Both the position numbers and the translations under genes were made by a program. Under the pieces are notes generated by a model. That model made no database searches and was not told where the DNA came from. It worked only from the letters and a program-made list of their open reading frames with translations. Below are positions 54,420-56,610 of a stretch of DNA of 56,610 bases, piece after piece. Source of the DNA: an uncultured virus (IMG/VR IMGVR_UViG_3300008952_000017) (Duplodnaviria; Heunggongvirae; Uroviricota; Caudoviricetes); the IMG/VR virus record IMGVR_UViG_3300008952_000017. One strand, given 5' to 3'. Numbering within the stretch: the stretch's first letter is position 1; each line of letters opens with the position of its first letter.

Positions 54420-54860
54420 CTAACCCTCCCTAAGCATATCTCGTTGATGTTGATTTAAATTGTTGGAGCCTTGTAACACGAACCTCTCAGCCGGCCCGAA
54501 TGAGCAACGTCGCCTACAACCATGGGGGCCAGCAGGGCCACCACATCGAGGGCATTGATTCAATGCCTTCTTGACACCAATTTTCGTCCCTCCCATAGCG
54601 TCATCTTCAGCCACTTCAGAAGAGTCTTCGCCAAACTGCGCTACTAGACCACACCGTATGCAAGTCTCCCTCCTCCCTGTATCAGGAAAGTTCATCTCTT
54701 TACCACAGTCGCTACATACAGCAGCCTTAGACTTCTTAACACCACACCTACCTGCCTTATCGACATCTGCAGTCTCTGTGGGTTTCTTGGGGGCCTTGCC
54801 GCCAGGTGGCTTGACACTGATGACCATTACCATCTTAGGTTTCTTATTCTTCTTGGCCAT
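54420..54860 (-). CDS. basic protein with two Zn-ribbon modules
   Basis: Start reassigned to MAKKN (GAGGAGGGG SD); CSDC..CIRC and CPRC..C..C. Confidence 0.65.
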   Translation of the reverse strand: MAKKNKKPKMVMVISVKPPGGKAPKKPTETADVDKAGRCGVKKSKAAVCSDCGKEMNFPDTGRRETCIRCGLVAQFGEDSSEVAEDDAMGGTKIGVKKALNQCPRCGGPAGPHGCRRRCSFGPAERFVLQGSNNLNQHQRDMLREG

Positions 54861-55026
54861 TTCTACCCCTCCTCGCCTTCTGCCAAAGTGTTCCGCACTC
54901 AGGGCATTCCCAAATAAGGATTCGGGTGCCCCTCTCATTGATGTAACGCCCTTCTATCCTCTTGGCTAGCACGTGACTATCACAACTAGGGCAGTCTTGA
55001 CTCAACCTCTCAATCAATTGACCCAT
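54844..55026 (-). CDS. small Zn-ribbon protein
   Basis: CPSC ... WECPEC; GGGTGA SD. Confidence 0.7.
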   Translation of the reverse strand: MGQLIERLSQDCPSCDSHVLAKRIEGRYINERGTRILIWECPECGTLWQKARRGRNGQEE

Positions 55027-55584
55027 CTAGTCACCCCAAAATCCTACCCGCACAGTTGTTTGGTCCTTGCAGTGAGCATGATATTTATTCCTAATCAAGG
55101 TCTTGTAATCATAGTTATCTATTGAATTATCAATCAACCATGTGTCCGCCCATATCACATCCCACTCCATACCGTCAGGCACTTCCCAGTTCTCAAAGTC
55201 TTCAAGCACTAGTGTGAATCTGTCATCCTTAGCACAATGCTCCCAAACCAAATCAACCACATCTTGTGAAATCTCTACGATGGTTACAGATGTAACATCG
55301 GGGTTGTCAATCAAAGGCTGGTGGCACATGCCTATACCCAATCCCCCAATCAATACATCTCCTGTAGCGTGAGCCCACAACCATTGATGCTCATCATACT
55401 CAGCCTGTGAGTCCTGCATGATAGGCATAGTACATCCTCCCTTGAGTAAGACGGTATGTGAATCATGTATCTCGTTCTTCATGTCTAGGTATATCTGCCA
55501 CATGTTGTCAGTGGTCTCAGATGTATAGTGTGCGACCTCATAGTCACCTGAGATGCCTTCAGGTATGTCCACTTCTATTCTCAT
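55027..55584 (-). CDS. SAM-dependent methyltransferase (spermidine-synthase-like fold)
   Basis: GDVLIGGLGIG, VTIVEISQDV, WDVIWADTW. Confidence 0.8.
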   Translation of the reverse strand: MRIEVDIPEGISGDYEVAHYTSETTDNMWQIYLDMKNEIHDSHTVLLKGGCTMPIMQDSQAEYDEHQWLWAHATGDVLIGGLGIGMCHQPLIDNPDVTSVTIVEISQDVVDLVWEHCAKDDRFTLVLEDFENWEVPDGMEWDVIWADTWLIDNSIDNYDYKTLIRNKYHAHCKDQTTVRVGFWGD

Positions 55585-55585
55585 A

Positions 55586-56185
55586 TCAAGCCGTCCATTC
55601 TACCTCGATAGTTAAAGTGGGGCAATCAGTTCCATTTACCGTAGCATCAAGTTCCCATTCCATTGTGTCTCCATCTCTTCCCCAAGTTAAACCACCCCTG
55701 CCTCCACCAGCATTGATGAAGATGTAATCGCCTATTCCTTGGTCAGAACCTGACGTAGCAGTAGCATCTTGAGATGTTGATGAATTGGTCGAATTGACTC
55801 CATATGCGGGGCTTCCATAATCATTTGAGTTAATCGGTGTATGCACTACATTGTTTATTGCCCATGTGAAATTGGTGGCGGTTTCACTCCCTTCCCTAAT
55901 GTAGCCACCGCATACAAAATTAAGACTATTAGAGGCAGAATAGTTTGCTTCCGTCCAATCAACCTGAAATCCGTTTGCTCCATCTAAGACAGCACTACCA
56001 CCACTGAACTCACCGCCCGAATGTGGTGTCATTGCTCCATTTATGTTATTATCTGCATACTTTACTCTAATAGTGCAAGCGTTGTTGTAATTACCAGAAG
56101 AACTGGTAGCGATAGTGCCTGTTCCAACACCACCCGCTTGATTTCCTTGTTGGGCTACAACCCCAACTGTGCCTATGAAACTCAT
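55586..56185 (-). CDS. tail-fibre tip / adhesin-like protein
   Basis: G/S/N/T-rich beta-type composition; ATGA-coupled to the upstream fibre gene; start moved to 56185. Confidence 0.55.
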   Translation of the reverse strand: MSFIGTVGVVAQQGNQAGGVGTGTIATSSSGNYNNACTIRVKYADNNINGAMTPHSGGEFSGGSAVLDGANGFQVDWTEANYSASNSLNFVCGGYIREGSETATNFTWAINNVVHTPINSNDYGSPAYGVNSTNSSTSQDATATSGSDQGIGDYIFINAGGGRGGLTWGRDGDTMEWELDATVNGTDCPTLTIEVEWTA

Positions 56186-56610
56186 GCTCCTACCTGCACC
56201 CATTGGCTTTCGCTGCTGCTTATATTGACACAAACATAGGCGGTTGCGTCATTGTCTGCTACTGCTGCGTTAGAAGCCCATGAACCAGCCATAGCATCAC
56301 CTGAGCCTAATGCTACTGTTGCGCTTGAGCCTGTATTATTGAATACTGTGAATTGAGTTCCTACTGCTGCATCTGCGGGCAAGGTGCAAGTCCCTGCTGT
56401 CCAATACACATACGAGCCGCTTTGTGCCTGTGTAAGCGTTGTATTGCTCGATACTGCTACCACATCTGCTAACTGATTGAATGATACATTCCCATTTGAG
56501 TCACCTGTAATCCAAACAGGGCTACCATCTCCCGAAGAAATTGATAATTGGTCTGAACCTGTTGCAGAAGATACATCAGCCGCACCAATGACCACATTGT
56601 TCGCACCGGA
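56182..56610 (-). CDS. C-terminal part of a tail-fibre-like protein (5' end outside the window)
   Basis: Frame open to the window end; NNVVIG repeat and TLPADAAVGTQFTVFNN...W..VG terminal domain typical of phage fibres. Confidence 0.65.
   Translation of the reverse strand, partial: SGANNVVIGAADVSSATGSDQLSISSGDGSPVWITGDSNGNVSFNQLADVVAVSSNTTLTQAQSGSYVYWTAGTCTLPADAAVGTQFTVFNNTGSSATVALGSGDAMAGSWASNAAVADNDATAYVCVNISSSESQWVQVGA

Noticed and set aside
1..56610. tRNA genes
   Set aside because: The GTTCGA-like hits I noticed lie inside coding regions and no cloverleaf was evident by eye; a tRNAscan run is still advisable.

Overview
A ~56.6 kb gene-dense segment of a head-tail archaeal virus genome, most likely a Magrovirus-type virus of Marine Group II Euryarchaeota (Poseidoniales). 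All protein calls come from motifs read by eye; no database searches were run. Layout: (i) 1-13067, minus strand: a truncated small-GTPase-like gene, two membrane proteins, a 3261-aa Zn-finger-rich giant protein and five small ORFs, which share with the giant protein a short N-terminal '(L)D-x-AW-xx-LK[AS]'-like leader. (ii) A strand switch near 13.1 kb, then a hairpin-rich non-coding stretch at 14.2-14.6 kb. (iii) 15-38 kb, plus-strand accessory region: a CARF/SAVED-like small protein, a 1229-aa PEP-synthase/dikinase-like protein near a CX5R phosphatase, an array of small gene cassettes joined by GAAGAATGA junctions, a DUF932 protein, a HARP-SNF2 helicase and a C5 DNA methyltransferase. (iv) 38.7-53.7 kb, an archaeal-type replication block: degenerate ligase, RFC, RPA-like protein, RadA/Sak4-like ATPase, clamp, PolB, Cas4-like nuclease, PriS-PriL primase, ERCC4 nuclease, MCM-like ATPase, DEDD exonuclease and thermosome. 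(v) 54-56.6 kb, minus strand: a SAM methyltransferase and tail-fibre-like genes. Top leads are the dikinase/phosphatase module, the shared N-terminal leader (a possible capsid-targeting/cleavage signal), an unannotated 30-aa double-PIP-box peptide after polB, a ~75-bp element duplicated 13.8 kb apart, a 38-nt motif shared by two unrelated large genes, and a candidate structured ncRNA. No tRNA, rRNA or CRISPR array was recognised.
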